Shown: positions 39,632 through 55,170, counted from the stretch's first letter. The stretch: DNA of 64,000 bases from Octopus vulgaris (GCA_951406725.2 OX597817.1:116498001-116562000); one strand, 5' to 3'. Numbers and translations: made by a program. The notes: a model not told the origin generated them from the sequence alone.

Positions 39632-41028
39632 ATTTTCTTCAATACCGGTTTCTCCGTCTTTAAATTTATTCATCCATATGTATATTGCTTTTGTCCATGG
39701 TTTCATCTCCGTAAACTACATGAGGCTTTCTGTGCATGTCCGATGCGTTACTTTTACAACATCTGTTATTAAAAAAAATGTCATTCCCACTTTTGAATTA
39801 CTTTCAAAAGAACACTCATATAAAGAAATAGTATTGAATCAAGAAAGTACTTCTTTTTGCATCAGTTATCCGTATGTATCATGTTGGCCAAAGCATTATA
39901 GATACGATAAAGTCGATAATTAGTAATCGTACATAAACTGTTTTCTCTTTAAATGTAACGATACTGCGTGATGCTAGCACATTCTTCAGCAAGATAATAT
40001 ATATTTCTTTAAGTTATCATTGTTGATTTGTAAATTATAACCAGCTTATTTCTTTCTACCATATTCTAGTGTGAGAATGTTTTTCATCTAATCTTGACAG
40101 TCACATAACGTTTCCCATAAATGACTGTAAATGATGATCATCAGGTGACTAATGAAGTGACATTGACTTTCGGAATGCAGTGTGCAGACGTGTTTCTTAG
40201 TCTGACAAGCTATCGTAATTGATTGTCTATGAGAATGAGGTAGTCTGTAACAAGTTATATACAGTTTCTGAAACTGTAACACATTCTTTCACAACAGCAA
40301 TATCACGGAAACATCTGTGTACAATGTTAAGTCAAACTTTGACCTTTCATGAAGCATTCAAGATTCTTTTCTGTGCAAAAGACACTGCGTTCTTATAGGA
40401 ATGAAACTGTGGTAGATTTTTTTTCTATTCTTTTTTATTAAGCTTATTGAACTTACTTTATATCTTCATACCAAATTGTCTTTGTATTTTATGTTATTTT
40501 TGAAAAGTGATAATGGGAAATTCCAGACACTTTCACATTTGAAAGTAGCTGATAAAAGTCCAGCATTGGGAATCGTGTGCTAAATAGCTTTTCCTCCATA
40601 ATTTTTTTAACTCACATCATCTCCCACACATTTTCATTGCTTAACACCTAATATATAAAACGGCGTCTGCAAGTTTCTAGTTGTACACTGTGGGTATCAT
40701 TCTCATTTATGAAAGAACAATACACAGACGGAGGATAACTTAGCATACAATACTGTAGGTCTACTTCGCATATACGACTGGGAATATATATATCTCTGTT
40801 CAACTTTTTTTGCACGGAGATGCATACATATCGACAACCACTTTCGAAGATAATTTTAGTGAATGTAAACATGTTATCATATGTTTCTTAGAAAACAGAA
40901 CAGTTGACCTCTGCATTGATGTTTAATTAACAATGGAAATGTAAGGGGAAGTAAGAAGAAAAATAAGCGAAAATGCACATTGGAAATCAAAAAAAGTAAA
41001 GGTGTTTTATAAAAATAACGATAGATAT

Positions 41029-41076
<48 letters not shown>

Positions 41077-43149
41077 CTATAATCCATAACGTACCAACTT
41101 CAAGTCATACAACACCTCACTACTTTCACTCATTCATATTCTCCCTTCTCTTTTTTCTTCTTCTTCATCTTCATCTTCATCATCATCATTATCATCATCA
41201 TCATCATCACCATCATCATCACCTTCTTCTTCTCTTTCTCCTTCTTCTTCTTCTTCTTCTTCTTCTTCTTCTTCTTCATCATCATCATCATCAACATCGT
41301 CATCTTCTTCTTCTTCTTCTTCTTCTTCTCCACCTTCTACCTCTTAACTTTATCACTAATGCTTTTTAGTATAACACCTACGAAAATTCCATAAACAAAC
41401 CTTTCAATAGAAATATTCTCCTGAATTGAACTGCAACTGCTAGCCGCCAGTGGCCATTCAAAATACGACCATCAAGGCACTCCCAAATTTTTCCACCCCC
41501 TCTCCTCATCAACCTTCTTCTTCTACCCTACCAAGAACTCACAACGGCCTCGAACACACAAGTGCAAACAAGGGAGACAGAGAAAGGCAGAATGCCACTT
41601 ATATTTGAACACTATACAAATATTCCTTTATAAAAATATTTTCTTTATAATTTTTCTAAATTTAATATATATATAATATTACAGTTGAAATATCAAATTG
41701 ACCGAAACCGGTACTATATATGTTCTTTATAAAATTATATATATAGCATATTTCAATATATACTATATTTTATATATATATATATATATGATATTTTACT
41801 CCACACTTAGTGATATTTATCTCTATTATATCGGGTTCTATGTCACCTTTTAGCAGGCTGATTTAAGACCCTTTGTAATCAGTACGTCTGATTTTTCTCA
41901 ATTCTTAATTTTGTGCCTTACCACTCAGGCACAAGATTAACTATTACGTCAACGCCTTCAGCTCAGAATACGGGCAATCTAGAAATCTAAAATGCTCACC
42001 TAACATATTTCTTTCCTGTTGTTCTTGAATTTCAACACTAATAGGAGCGAGTATGGAATCTTTACGATCTCACTGATCTTAAAGTGTTTGACTGAATCAT
42101 ATGCTTATTTACTTCTTCCAGACCGAAATCATAAAAAGAGGCGTAAAGTGTTTCACATAACAGCAAAATCTTGTAGCAATGTATAATCAGATGTAGCAGT
42201 TGTTGTTGTCCATATTAATCCTTTAACAATGATTTGGACAGACTGTCTTTCATCTGATAGAGTTTATCCTGGATTACCGCTAGCCAATGTGTCAACATTT
42301 CTTCTATGAGTGTGGGACAGGTTTTGAGGTACGCTAATCAGTTATGTTTTGTGAGATGGGCAACCACATAAATGAACATAGCCAGTCTATATGTTGCAAT
42401 AAAATAATCGTTAAAGTTTATAGGAATGGAAAGTTTTGATAATGTTCTTTGTTACTCATTAAGTATCTTAGCTCCCTAAGTGTATGTAGTTACAAACATT
42501 TCGAATCTTGATGGATATTTATTTCCAAAGTTACGTAAGCTTTTATGGTGTAATAAAAATGTAATTATTAAAGCTGTTATATTTTGGCCACGTCATTCTG
42601 GACAGTTATGTAACATTTCTTTATGTTTGTATATTTCTAATTTGGTTTTCTCACAATAGGTCCTCAAGTTTTTCACTTCATGCCCAGTAATTGAATTTCG
42701 TTTATTGTCAACCTATAACTTATTTATAATAAGCAAGTTTCTAGTTTAATTGTATTTGAATTGTTGAAAATAGTATATCAAATTTTCGTGACATTAGACG
42801 AATAGAGAAATTGAAAGAAGTAGTCTCTTTTGAAAATAATGATTTTATTTTTGACCACTTGAGAAATCACTTAGACTTCTTATGGTAACTGAATCATACA
42901 TACGTGGTAAGTTGTTGAAGTAAATTCAAGTTTGTTTGTGGCAAAATTTCGTATTAGATTCGTAAAGCTAATATAACCCACTCATAGAAATTTAACAAAA
43001 GTAATTGTTATGATAAATACATATTTTTTACTTGGTATTTAATTTTTTCTCTGCATTGTTTCCAACTATATTCACTTACAACCATCATGTACCTTAAATA
43101 TTCCCCCTCGTCCTATTAGAAAATAACAATTCAGCGCCGTCCATTCATC

Positions 43150-43460
43150 TGGTCAGCATCTAAACTTTAGTGGCTTACAGGCTAATATCGTAATTTCGTG
43201 AGCACGATTCCCGGCGGCGCATTGCGTCCATGAGGAAGACTCTTTATTTCCCGTTACTCCTTTTTGATCAGTTAGAAAAAATGAGTTGTACCTGTAATTT
43301 ATAGAGTCACATCCTGTCAAGCTGAATCTCCCCTATAACTTTGTTAAAGGTTTACGTGTCTGTGTAGTACTCACTCACTTGCATGTTAATTTCACCAACA
43401 GGTTGTTCGCTTGATCGTATTAACTGGAACACTCGTCATGGTAACCGACGAAGCCAGTGC
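43150..43460 (+). mobile_element. tRNA-derived SINE (family D)
   Basis: B-box-like cacgattcccggc, CORE-like 'catgaggaagactctttatttc', tail tcgtcatggtaaccgacgaagcca. Confidence 0.6.
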
Positions 43461-43792
43461 AGAACGTTAATTTGTCTGATGACAAATGTATTACAAAAGA
43501 CAATACTGAGATACAATACTGGGAGAATAATACATTAAAAGTCAATGGCCTTATTATTTTAACAGTTAAAATTGTTGGCTGCGCGACTTTCAAACCCAAC
43601 AACCATATTGCTCTCTTAATTTTGTCTTAAAAATGATTCACATTGAATAATTTAGTAATAGATACACAATAATACCTGGAGAACGGCCGAAATATTCATA
43701 GCTGGAATATCGTTTAATATAGACCTTCTTTGTCAGGGCTGATCTGGGACTAAATAATTCTCATTGTTAAGTTTTCATATCTCGATATATTC

Positions 43793-45014
43793 TACTGAGT
43801 TGGCAAGAAAGTAATTTCGGTTTTTTAGTGTGAAATAAAAGTCATTTTCTTACATGGAAAGAATTAACTTTAATCAGTTATATATTTTCCATTGCTTTCG
43901 ATGACCTTTTGCCATTTTCTGGCAACTTCATGATTCCACGCTCCTTATTAGCCAAAAACTGAAGCAAGTGCGATTTCAGGTCATCATCATTATTGAAAGT
44001 TTTTGTATTCAAATAACTTTGCAAACTTCGAAATAAATGGTATCCTGATGGTGCAAGGTAATGGGTATACGGTGAATGTGACATTAGCTTCCAACCAAGC
44101 TCCAATAATTTTTCACGTGTTAGGAAAGACGGGTGTGGTTTAGCGTTGTCATGATAGAACACGATTCCTTTACAATATTCGTTGTTGACAGTAAACAGCT
44201 GAATTGATCATTTGGTACGTTGAAAGCAACACAAAATATACAACACCTTTGTAATCCCACCAAATTGATAGCATGACCTTTTTTTATGCAATTCAGGTTG
44301 CGATGTAGTTTGCGCTGGTTCATTACGCTTGGCCCATGATCGTTTATAATTGCTGTTATTGTACACAATCCACTTTTCATCAGGAGTTATTATACGTTTC
44401 AAAAGATGGTCGGTTTCATTGCGCTTGAGATGCATATCGCAAATATTGATTCGTTGTGTTAAGTGAATCTTTTCAATTTATGGGGAACCCAAATATCGAG
44501 CTTCTTAACGAGTCCAAGACTTACAATTTAATTGATTTTCATTTGTTGTGTGTGATACATTTAACATCTCTGCAATTTATGTGACAATCCGACTTAATAA
44601 TGGCTTTGATTCGGTCATCATCAACTTCAGTAGGTCGACCAGAACGTTGGTCATCTTTGAGTGAAAAATCTTCAGAACGGAATTTTTAAACCATTTCTAA
44701 CATGTGCATTCTATTAAGCAATCAACACCATAAACATCACATATTTCTTTGTGAGCCTCAGCAGCTTTCTTGCCTTTACAAAAATAAAAAAGGAAAATAC
44801 GGCGAAAATATTCGTTTTTGCACTTCATCTTAAAACTGACACTGAATTAACGGCTGTAAACTAAATAACGCGGAACTTCCTTCTAAAGTAAGCTAACGGT
44901 AACGGCTATCAAATGTCAAAAGGAAAAAAATCAAAGCATTGACAAAAGCCATGCAAAAACATCGTAACTCTATCTATTTGCGAAAAACGAAATTACTTTC
45001 TTTCCAATCCAATA
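43793..45014 (-). mobile_element. decayed mariner transposon (mellifera/cecropia-like)
   Basis: TIRs ~t(t/c)gggttgg..agaaagtaatttcg at both ends with TA. Remnants ITPDEKWIVYNN, YHDNAKPH, PYTHYLAPSGYHLFRSL; ATG at 44828. Confidence 0.9.
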
Positions 45015-46609
45015 GATTTCTGTGAAAATAGAAGAGTGCGGAAGACTTGACGGTATTGAATTTGTACGAGCTGAAACTGTAATATATATTTTGATGGAAG
45101 CTATGTAATTTAGAGAATTAGAATCGACTTATGAAATGTAATTAACGAATAACTGTGGACAGGTTGGTAGTCTGTAAATGAAATGGGTAAGAAAAAGACC
45201 GAATCTTAATTAAAGAAAGATATTTCACATACAGTTCTGGTATAATATTCTACAAATCTTGAACTTCAAACCATTCTTAAAACTATTAATGATATGACTT
45301 TAAAATTGATTAGATATTATTTAGTTGAGGCTACACCGAAGAGGCCGGGGAACAGAAGAAAGAAGACATGCACTCAACACCAGAGCTGAAGACACCTCCG
45401 AAGGGGGGGGGGGGGCGACACGTCAAAACGGTAGAGTAGTAGGGACCGACACCGGACGTGGTTCCACCTGATAATGTCTTGAGCTAACTGGATCCTATAA
45501 AGGAGCTGTTGTGGTAGCAGACCACGAAACATGGTTGAAATTCCTTAGCATCTAAACCAGGCCATTCTTTAGTATCCCAAAACCCATGTACTATCATCTG
45601 CCAAGATAATTTTCCTAAAGGCATGCATTTAAAGATTATTTTGAATGATACCACCACTAAATTTTTGAATGAGCAGAAATACGATATCAAAATTTTAATC
45701 GAAGACGCTGAGGCATTTTTAAAGAAAATAATTGCCACACATATTCATTTTAACATTATTTTATTCTATCCTTTAAGACCATCGAAACCTATTTAATGTT
45801 ATATTTTTAAAATGTATGTGATCTGAATAAATCGAATAAAACTGATATTTCCATAAAGGAAATATTGATTTTATCCCTTGGTTCTTGTCTATAGTGATTT
45901 TAATAGAAACCTTTCATCTATATTTGGAATCTACAAGGCATTTCATAATTTGAGAGATTAAATTAATTATGCATCGCTAAAGCCCTAGGAATGTAACTCT
46001 AACTAGATATTCTATTCCATATCTGCAAATATTACAATGGCTCTTGAATTAGCTACAGTTCCATACAAATACTGTTGAAGAGTACCAAGATTCCAGGAAT
46101 TGTGTGGAGTTGATTTAATAATATAGCGATTAGTTTCTGAAATATTCGTAGCGTAATATTCAAAGAAACTTCAGTCGCTGCTGCTGTATTAATTAGAGGC
46201 TGGTCGTTAATGCAGAACCATTAGTGGTGCTGTTAGTTCTTCTATGTGTCAACTGTCGTGTACATCATTTTCAGTTCTATTGCCTTTAGAGAGCGGAGAA
46301 ATGAAAGTATAAACTTTAGTGACTGACGAACTATCGTCGCCACTCTAAACTTTCTAAGCTCAAAATCTATCGGAAACAGCATTATGTTACATCAGTCTTT
46401 GGCAAAAATAAATTACACGGTCGATGTTTGCAGGGTTTTGACGAACGAATTAGTGGTCCACTATATTTCTAACGAGCAGACTGGTAATATTGCATAAAAC
46501 AGCTGCTATAAATTCTTTGTTTATTAATCAGTATATACTCACATGTATATACATACATACGTACATACATACGTACGCACATAGACACACACACACACAT
46601 GTATATTAA

Positions 46610-47580
46610 ATAATATTAGGGTAATAAGAATTATAGACATTTTTACTACCAGTGGTCTAGCGCAAAAATAATTTAGTCAATAGACTATATATTATTCATA
46701 TAAAATATCGCGTACATTAAAACACATTAAGAGGCTTCCATCATAGGAAAGCCTTGCTCTAGAAAGAACAGTTAAAGTTCAAGCCACTAATTAGGGATAA
46801 ATTCTCGAAGAGAATCAAAAATAAAAGCATTTACCATCTAATTTAATTCCCGGACCATGGTTTCTGACTTATATAAGTAAAATAAAGATTTACTGAGGCC
46901 ATCTTCCCCAGCGGGAAGCCTTAGATTTAAATATACACAGAAAAGACAAGGAGGGAATTTGAGGAATGAGCGTGGGGTTGCTGCAGCGGATGATATGCTA
47001 TGTTAAGGATAAAGGTAAAAGGACAATAGATAGTTAGATGACCAGACAGACAAAGAAAGAAAGAAAGATAGATAGAATGAGTAAGTGAAACTGGTGGGAT
47101 ATATTGTTAGCATAGCTAAGTGGTAAATTACAGCTGAATCGTTATTATAAATTACAGAGAATTTACGTAATGGGCAAACGAGGAATGAAACTTGTGCTTC
47201 CTTAAAAAGATTACATTAGAAAATCTATTTTGTTACGAGGTCTTGTGGTGGATAAGGATCGCGAACAATTCCCTTAAACACGATTTACAAACACTCAGGT
47301 TAGAATTATACGTGGGTGCCTCGAAGATTATTAACAAGGATAAGGTATAGGGAATATTTCGGAACTTGCGATAGTGTATATATGTTGCCTGGGGTACAGA
47401 GAGTTTAGGGGCTCGATTTGAGAATGAATTCTGGCGGGCCGGGTTGTGAGGCTTGAAATCAATAGTGCCGTCAATGTAGATCCTAGCCTGATGGGAACCT
47501 AGTGTTATTACCCAGTATTTATATACTGTCTTAAAGCGTAAACAGAAAGTATCGAGCGGGCCTTTGGGAAACTCGGTACA
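46610..47580 (-). mobile_element. Penelope-like element 3' remnant (GIY-YIG domain + pseudo-LTR)
   Basis: ~47570-47240 reads GPLDTFCL..TVYKYWV....RIYIDGT.DFK...QNSFSN...YTLS..IIFEAPTYNS...CKSCLRE, a degenerate PLE GIY-YIG/CCHH domain. An HHR-like motif lies downstream, and the element ends at a microsatellite. Confidence 0.7.
46847..46917 (-). ncRNA. degenerate hammerhead motif in the PLE pseudo-LTR
   Basis: TTCCCG-CTGGGGA-AGA-TGGC...GTCA-GAA-ACCATGGT-C-CGGGAA: 6-bp stem I, palindromic stem III, GUC triplet; A6>G in the core. Confidence 0.6.
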
Positions 47581-48926
47581 TACTAAGGTATGTTCGTATG
47601 CTTGTATGAATGTATTTATGTATGTATACTAGTATGTTTCTCTTTGAGTATTTAGTTATTCATAGAGTACTTGCCGGTTACTAGCAAAGCGATACGATTT
47701 CGAGTATTGAAAATTACTGGCTTTTGCAACCACGTGGTTGTGTTAGTGCGGACACCTTCGTCCTTTTAGTGCACAGATATTTGTGCATATGTTCGCGTAA
47801 ATCTTTACTTTTTACATGTATGTTCTTGTAGATAGATTTACAGAGCTAAGTGCATGCAGACGGTCTCTTAAAGAGACTCAAACAGAGAATCTTTGGGGTT
47901 TCCACCGTGCCACTAATGGACTGGATTTGGGGCACGCGAGTCGGTCTCTTTCGCCTTTAGATGTATGCATGTTTGCATGTGTGTATACATACATACATAC
48001 ATGTATCTACGTTGGTGTGTGTTTGTGTATGTATCAAGGTTCCGAACAGTTTTGTTTCAAAAATTTCCTTGAAAAGGAGCTGGTTAGCACAAGGCTATAG
48101 TGGGAAGCAACTTCCCGAGTTTTAGCGCAGAGCAATGGAGCACAGATGTAAATAATTTTTTTCATTATGCTATTCTTTGATTTTTTATTCTCGAGCCAGC
48201 CATGACAAAGCAGAACTATGCTCAAAAGCCTTCTAGATGTATAGCTTCCAACTTTACATGTAGAGAGATTTGACTAAATTTGTATTGACATTGCTCAACT
48301 TTACCGGGTTTTGTAGTTAGAGCGACCGAAGCGACACTATGCTGCAAGTCATTTATATTGGTTTCAAAAGATTTTTTGTGCCAATTTATGCTCTGAGTTC
48401 ACCTTACGTTCACATATATTGATTAATATGATGATTATAATTCTTCATACAAATATGTGATCATGTGCTCAAGTGCGAAAGTCAAAATCCTTTTTATTAC
48501 TCCCTACTTTTCTATTGCACCTTTTATTTACTCTCTCGTTAATCATACACCAACAACCGACCTCTGTGTCCGATTTCAAATATTTCGTGTAACTTATATT
48601 AATAATGCATAAGAAAATGTTATATTTCTAGCGTCTCTCCTTTATAATACTATCATGCTCAGGGCTCTTATCTATTTCATTAATATTCATTTATATCATT
48701 TTATTGTTCCACATATACATAGTCATAAATCCGTGTACCTATCCTCCCAGTCTAGTAACCGGCACAGAATTATATATTCAATATACTACAACAGTTTTGT
48801 ATTCATTTCTTCATTGAATTCCCAAACTGAAGACTTGCTTGAATCCTATTTAATACGAGAGACAATATACAGCTATCTATATATGTGTGTGTGAGTGTGT
48901 GTACATACATATATATATGTGTGTGC

Positions 48927-48965
<39 letters not shown>

Positions 48966-50474
48966 CATGCACACGCACACACACGCACGTGCATATGTGA
49001 GCGCGCGCGAGTGTATGTATATATGGGTATCGGTGTGTATGTTCATATATATATGCATGTGTGTAACTGTATGCATGTATGTATGTTATTAGACTCTTAT
49101 GGTACATAGATACCAGCGGGACATTGAAAAGAAGGAACTAAACTAAAGAAATTATGCTTATAATGCGAATACATTTCTGATATGATCACTGTTTTGTTCG
49201 CAGTGACCTCTCTCAGTAGTGTCTACAGAACGAATACACACATATTTAGGTAATGCCTCTGCAAACAGGGAAATAAAACCTTATATGTTTGCTGCTACAA
49301 CTAGAAATAATAAACAAATGTTTCCCAATCCATGCGCTCTTAAAATACGGAAGGCAAGTTGGGCAATAACAATACAATATATAAAAACATTGGGCTGTCA
49401 TATTAGGATTGTATCTCATCATGGTTCAACCAAGAACACAATGATAGACTGACTATGATAAGGTAATAATTCAGTGAATATTAGAATTGTATACCATTAG
49501 GCGACAAGACAAAACTAAAGCCTATCACTATATCAAAGTTCCCACAATTGTTTGTGCTAACTTGAATACACGCATGTAAATTTCCTATCGTCATTTAGTA
49601 GTTTACAAGTTGTGAGTCAATACACATTACAGGTGGTAACTCTCTAGAAAGAGTTTTGTATCCTTATTAACATATCAAAGTATATTGATGGAAGGCTCTG
49701 TGCCAAATCTGAAAACTCAGTTTACTCGTGACTCAGAAGGTCATTATTTCACAATTTTAAAAATGTTTAAGAGAGCAGTAATTGAAATCAGGAATAAACC
49801 AGGATTCATTTTTGTTGCTGACAAGGTCATCATTGGTTGTATTCAGAAGGACACTAGTTGAGGGAATCAGTCAATTATTATTGACCTCATGCATGTAAGG
49901 CACAATGGCAATACTGAACCGTTCCATATGCACAAAGAAATATTGATTTAAATAGAATAAAATGCACGGTGTGGTCAATTGAATAGAAACTCTTCGAAAG
50001 TGAAGTAACACCAAACGGAAATCTAAGTAACCATTTACTGTTGACAGTGAAATACGTACCCATTATTTCATTATCTGGTAAAATTTTAGAATATACGATA
50101 TATTTGTAGTTTTAAAGTGTATACACAGAAAATGTATAAACATATGAATATGCAGAATACATGCATACATAAAAACGTACAGACATGCATACATAGATAC
50201 ATGCATACACACACATTCATGCACACATGCATGCTTACAAACACACACATACATATGTGTATACATATGCACACTGATGCACACACAAGCGCACAAACAA
50301 ACAAACAAACAAACAAAAAAAACACAGCTCTGATAACGGACAGAGTCAACGACTATTGAAGAGGTTGCAACCCGCAACGAGAATTTTAGAAAAGTTAAAT
50401 AAGTAAATGAACGGAAATCAAACCGGTGAGTGTGTTAAGTAGTAAGAATGACTCTCCCCAGACCCAGACACAAT

Positions 50475-50525
<51 letters not shown>

Positions 50526-53436
50526 ATGAAAAAAAAACAGAGAAAAAGACAAGAAGAAAAAATAAGAACGGAAAGAAGTATTAAGAAGACGCTCAGAGAA
50601 GGAAAAGAATGCATACAAACATTCGTTGCTGAAACAACTCATTATTATATTAACAGTAAATTGTCTTGTTTATCGTAGGTTCTTTACAAAATAATAGATG
50701 AGTACTTATTATCTAAAATGTTTACATCAACAGTACATATTTGACATGTTTACATCAACAGTACATGTTTGAAAATTCACGTAAACTAATTACAGTTATT
50801 TGTGAAGGAACACAGATAATATTCAGTTTCAATTAAATCACAGCAGATAACACTATCATTACTGAAACTGGATTATAATGACGCTTTTAAAATATTATCT
50901 TCCATTTTGTTAATATGTCTTCCATAAACTATTTCGGGCAGTTTTTAATGTCTTTATTAGATGCTAGTATACAAGGTTTCCAGAAGAATTTTATATGTTA
51001 TCAACTGAAATGGTATTTTTTTCAGTAATTAGTGTCTGTTGGAAGCACCTTTATCTGATCACCAAGCTAGCGTAATGATATTTGTGAACATCAAAATAAA
51101 GGAAGTATGAACTAAAAGGAAAAAAACAAACAGCTAGATTTCAAATTGAGATTTCATATTAAAAATCTATTATACGAGATATAAAATCATTAGTTCCCTT
51201 TTATGCTATGCAATCTAATGTTAGAATCATGTTAGATTTTAGTCGTCTACGGATATCGAACTTGAAATTTTGGTTTGATACTGATTTATTTTTATGCTAT
51301 TTCATCATTATTTCCTCTGCAATAGTTCGATTTTGAATGTTAACTTAAAATCTTAAAATAAAAAAAAAACGAAGTCACACCGAAACCTATGTAGGCGAAG
51401 TGTTTTTTACGTGGTAGAAAGATTCTCGGTCAACACTACTTAGAAGCGTTGACTTCTTTTCTTGAACACAATTATAAAATATAATATCGTCGCTTTGCTT
51501 AGCAGGAAATTAAGAACTAATAGTAAATGCCTTCTTGTGATCCACACAGGCTACATTATTATGAGACTCTAATGCGCATTATGATTTTCTGACAGAATTC
51601 AGAACAAAACTAATTTCAATTCTATTGAGGAGTTGAAAATGATTTTATATGTAGTTTTTAATTTATTTTTAAATCAATTAAATTTATAATAATTGCATTT
51701 TCTTTTGATTAAAAAAAAGTATGGGTATAATGAAAAGAATGGCGACATGGTGTGAAAACAATTTTAAAAAGTGTATCAATGGAGTGATCCCAAATAACAG
51801 GGTTTTATTTGAAATTCTTCAATTTGCAGCTATAATAGATCTAAGCGTAAACAGAATTCTGAAATCTAACAAATATTGTAAAATATCAGTAAAATGTGCT
51901 ACAATGCAATAATAATAATACCTAAAATAGAAATTTAATGGATTTATATTCAAGTGACCGAATTTTAAAGGACATACTTTCCATCTCCACCAGTGAATTT
52001 TTATTATCTTTCAGGACAATGAATTCTTTTTGCTAAATTATTCTAAAATGAAAACTGTTTTGAGTTCTATTTTAAATATGAAGTCTATTATTAGTGAGAA
52101 ACGACGAACATCATAAAAGCCTATTCTTTGTTAAACACGTGCCATATGAAACTAGTTTCCACGGGTGAAAGGAGTTAAAAGTAAATATATAGAGCAACAT
52201 AACTACAAGTGTACATAATTATATTATTTCTTCCCATTCCTGTTTCGCAGCGCACCTCTTAACTGAACGCGTTAAATTTTTTAATTCACCACCTATTAAG
52301 CATATAACCACAACACACCCAACGTACGGTTTTTGAGATAGGAAAGCTACCGCATGCTGTCCACATCAAATGTAGATACAAAAAGTTCCCACCTATAAAA
52401 TATAGTACCAAAATGAGTCTTCCAAAGAGAAGTAAGGTCTTCAGAATTTTATTATATGACTTAACCAGAACAGAAAAGGCAATGTATATTGACTATACCT
52501 GGACCTCCCTAACTGGTAGGAAAAAGAGTGGAAGCAAACTATAGAACAAAGGTGATCATACGTCATGACGACACAGTGATTTCCCTTGAGGTTATCATAG
52601 GTTAATACACTATTGTTAAAACTGGTAATGGATTAAGCCTACCATATATATGTGTATGTGTGTACAATGGTGTGTATGTGTGCTCGTGTTCGTGTGATTG
52701 TGTGTAGGTAAGGCTGTGTACATTTATATTTTGCAAGTTTATGTACACTGAAACGAGGAAAGACCTTCACTGTAGTAAATGTCTAGGTTTTCTATATAAA
52801 CTGTGGGCGATAAGATATCGAACTAGACAATGAACGAAGCAATAGACCTCTTTCTGCATGAATACGCTTTATCAGTTACTGACATCGAATGCGTTGTGCA
52901 TCACCCTTCTAAGATCAAACATTCTTTTATGTAAATAGCAAAAAATATTTTACTGGTATGTGCTAAGATTTATCCAACTGGAATCAATTGATTAATGATA
53001 AAATAAGCAGCAATAATTAAGTTTAACATGTTCATGTACACTCAAGACTGGAAAGATTTTTGCAGCAATAACTAGTTCAGGGGAAAAATTCTCCTTATAC
53101 ACAATCTGTACAAAAACATATTAGACTGGGATCTGAATTACGTGATCGGATTGTAAGGCACTTGATTCTGCGCAATTACGTTTCATTGGTTACAGACATC
53201 GATTCCGGCAATTTTGAACTGAGTATCATCGACGGATTCAGGCGTGCAACTAAGGAAGAATTATTACACAAAAACACACGTTTTAAAGTTCCATCACGTC
53301 ATTCCTAGTCATCCTACGAATAATTTTTAGGGCAATTCGTCCTCCTAAACAGTTACTGCAACCGTATCGAAGGCATTTCTACATCCGTGTGTACACGATC
53401 GAATTTATTATGTATATTATATATGTATGCGTGTTT

Positions 53437-53487
<51 letters not shown>

Positions 53488-53644
53488 TTTTATTATTTTA
53501 CTTGTTTTAGTCATTTGACTGCGGCCATGCTGGAGCATCACCTTTAGTTGAGTAAATCAACTCTAGGACTTATTTTTGTAGGACTAGTAATTAATCTATA
53601 GGTTGACAAGCGATGTTGGGGAGGGGCCAACAACAGATACACAA

Positions 53645-53695
<51 letters not shown>

Positions 53696-53832
53696 CGACG
53701 GGCGTCTTTCAGTTTCCGTCTAACAAATCCACTCATAAGGATTTGGTCGGCCCGAAGCTATAGTAGAAGAAACTTGCCCAAGATGCCAGGCAGTGAGACT
53801 GAACCCAGAACCATATGGCTAGTAAGCAAACT
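53488..53832 (-). mobile_element. SINE family A
   Basis: Reverse-complement match to 392-822 with an internal deletion. Confidence 0.8.
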
Positions 53833-54049
53833 ACTTTATTTCAAAATTTGGCCATAAAGGTATAACATCGAGGGGACATTACAAAACATGTGGGGACATA
53901 TCACAATTAAAAATATATAAAAAATAAAATTTGATACTATGAATGACACATTAAAATGAACATTAAAAAATAAAATCAAAATATTAAAATGAAAATTTTA
54001 AAGTTATGATTACATGAATGATATCTTGAAAATGGGAATATGAAAAGTG

Positions 54050-55170
54050 TGTTTACTCACCCCACACTGAGTAACATCACTTGCTAACTTTGAGTCCTAA
54101 GTCCCCTTTAACCTCTAGTCCAGTCCTTCTATTTCCGCTTTCCCCTTCGCTGAGTGACAACACTCTCGCCTCCATGTAGACGTAACCTTCTTCACCGGGG
54201 AATGGGTCGTGTAAATTTTGTGGTGTCTGTTCTTTCTTCTTTTTTCCTGTGGGGAAAGGGGTGGGTATGTTTGGTGTCTGTATGGGGAGGGTGGGTCTGA
54301 GTGGTCTTGGGTGGGAGAGAGTTGGCCTGGGGTACTGCATCATACTCACTGTTCTTTTTCTTCCTCTTCCTCATTTTACTCTCTGTCACTATCCACTCCT
54401 CCTCCATGTTCCTTCCGTCTGCCTATTCTTCTTTCCCTTTCTCTTCCGTCTCCACAACAGTTTCTTCTGTTATTTTCCTCTGGAGAGGGCAGTGCGCTCT
54501 AATGTCCCCCTTTTGGTCGCATTTAAAACATAGTGGGACTCTCGGCACAATCTTTCCCAACGTCATTGTCTCGCCCAAACTCTCCAAATGCTTCTCCTCT
54601 GTCTGTATAATGGGGTCCAGTTTTTTACTCTCCATCCTCCTTCCTCCGTTACCGTGGCTTGGAGGACAGCCACCTTCCCCTCACTTCCAACGAGGACGGC
54701 TGCCGCAGCCCAAGCCATTTTTCCACCGCCTTCAGGAGCTCATCCTCCGCTGAAGACAATTCAAGCCCGCTGAGGTCTGAATACATTGTCTCTACCCTCA
54801 AAGCAGCAAAAAAAAATCACCTCACCTCTTCCACTGTCCTAAACTGGACAACCACTATTCGCTTCCTGTTGTTATATACATAATTTGGCTCGATTGCTCC
54901 CTCAATGCCTTTTCTATTTTTGCTGCTTCCACCTGTTCAACCTTCTTGTTCTCCAAGGAGTGTACCTTGTAGGTGATGCGTTTTCTCCACGATCTCTACG
55001 ATTCTTTTAGAGGGCGACAATTTCACGTCGCCGCCCACCTTCTGTGTCATCTTGCAATACTCCTTCAATCTAGCCAGGTCTACTTACCTTCTCTTCCCTT
55101 CTGCAACCTCAGTAAAACTCTTCGGAGGGAACGTCTCCTATCACTCAGGAATACGGCCTCGAGATACTAA
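54050..55170 (-). pseudogene. L1/Tx1-type ORF1 (gag-like) remnant
   Basis: Zinc-knuckle-like PLCFKCDQKGDIRAHCP (CX2CX4[H>D]X4C) followed by an E/K-rich EEEWIV..KMRKRKKK segment; frameshifted. Confidence 0.6.

Noticed and set aside
50718-50773. 28-bp tandem duplication; also a 9-bp x3 repeat near 18412 and a degenerate minisatellite at 56390-56630
   Set aside because: Ordinary slippage repeats with no unique spacers, so not CRISPR-like.
51975-52158. Possible TTAA/piggyBac MITE end (ccacgggtgaaaggagttaa)
   Set aside because: No convincing matching left TIR.
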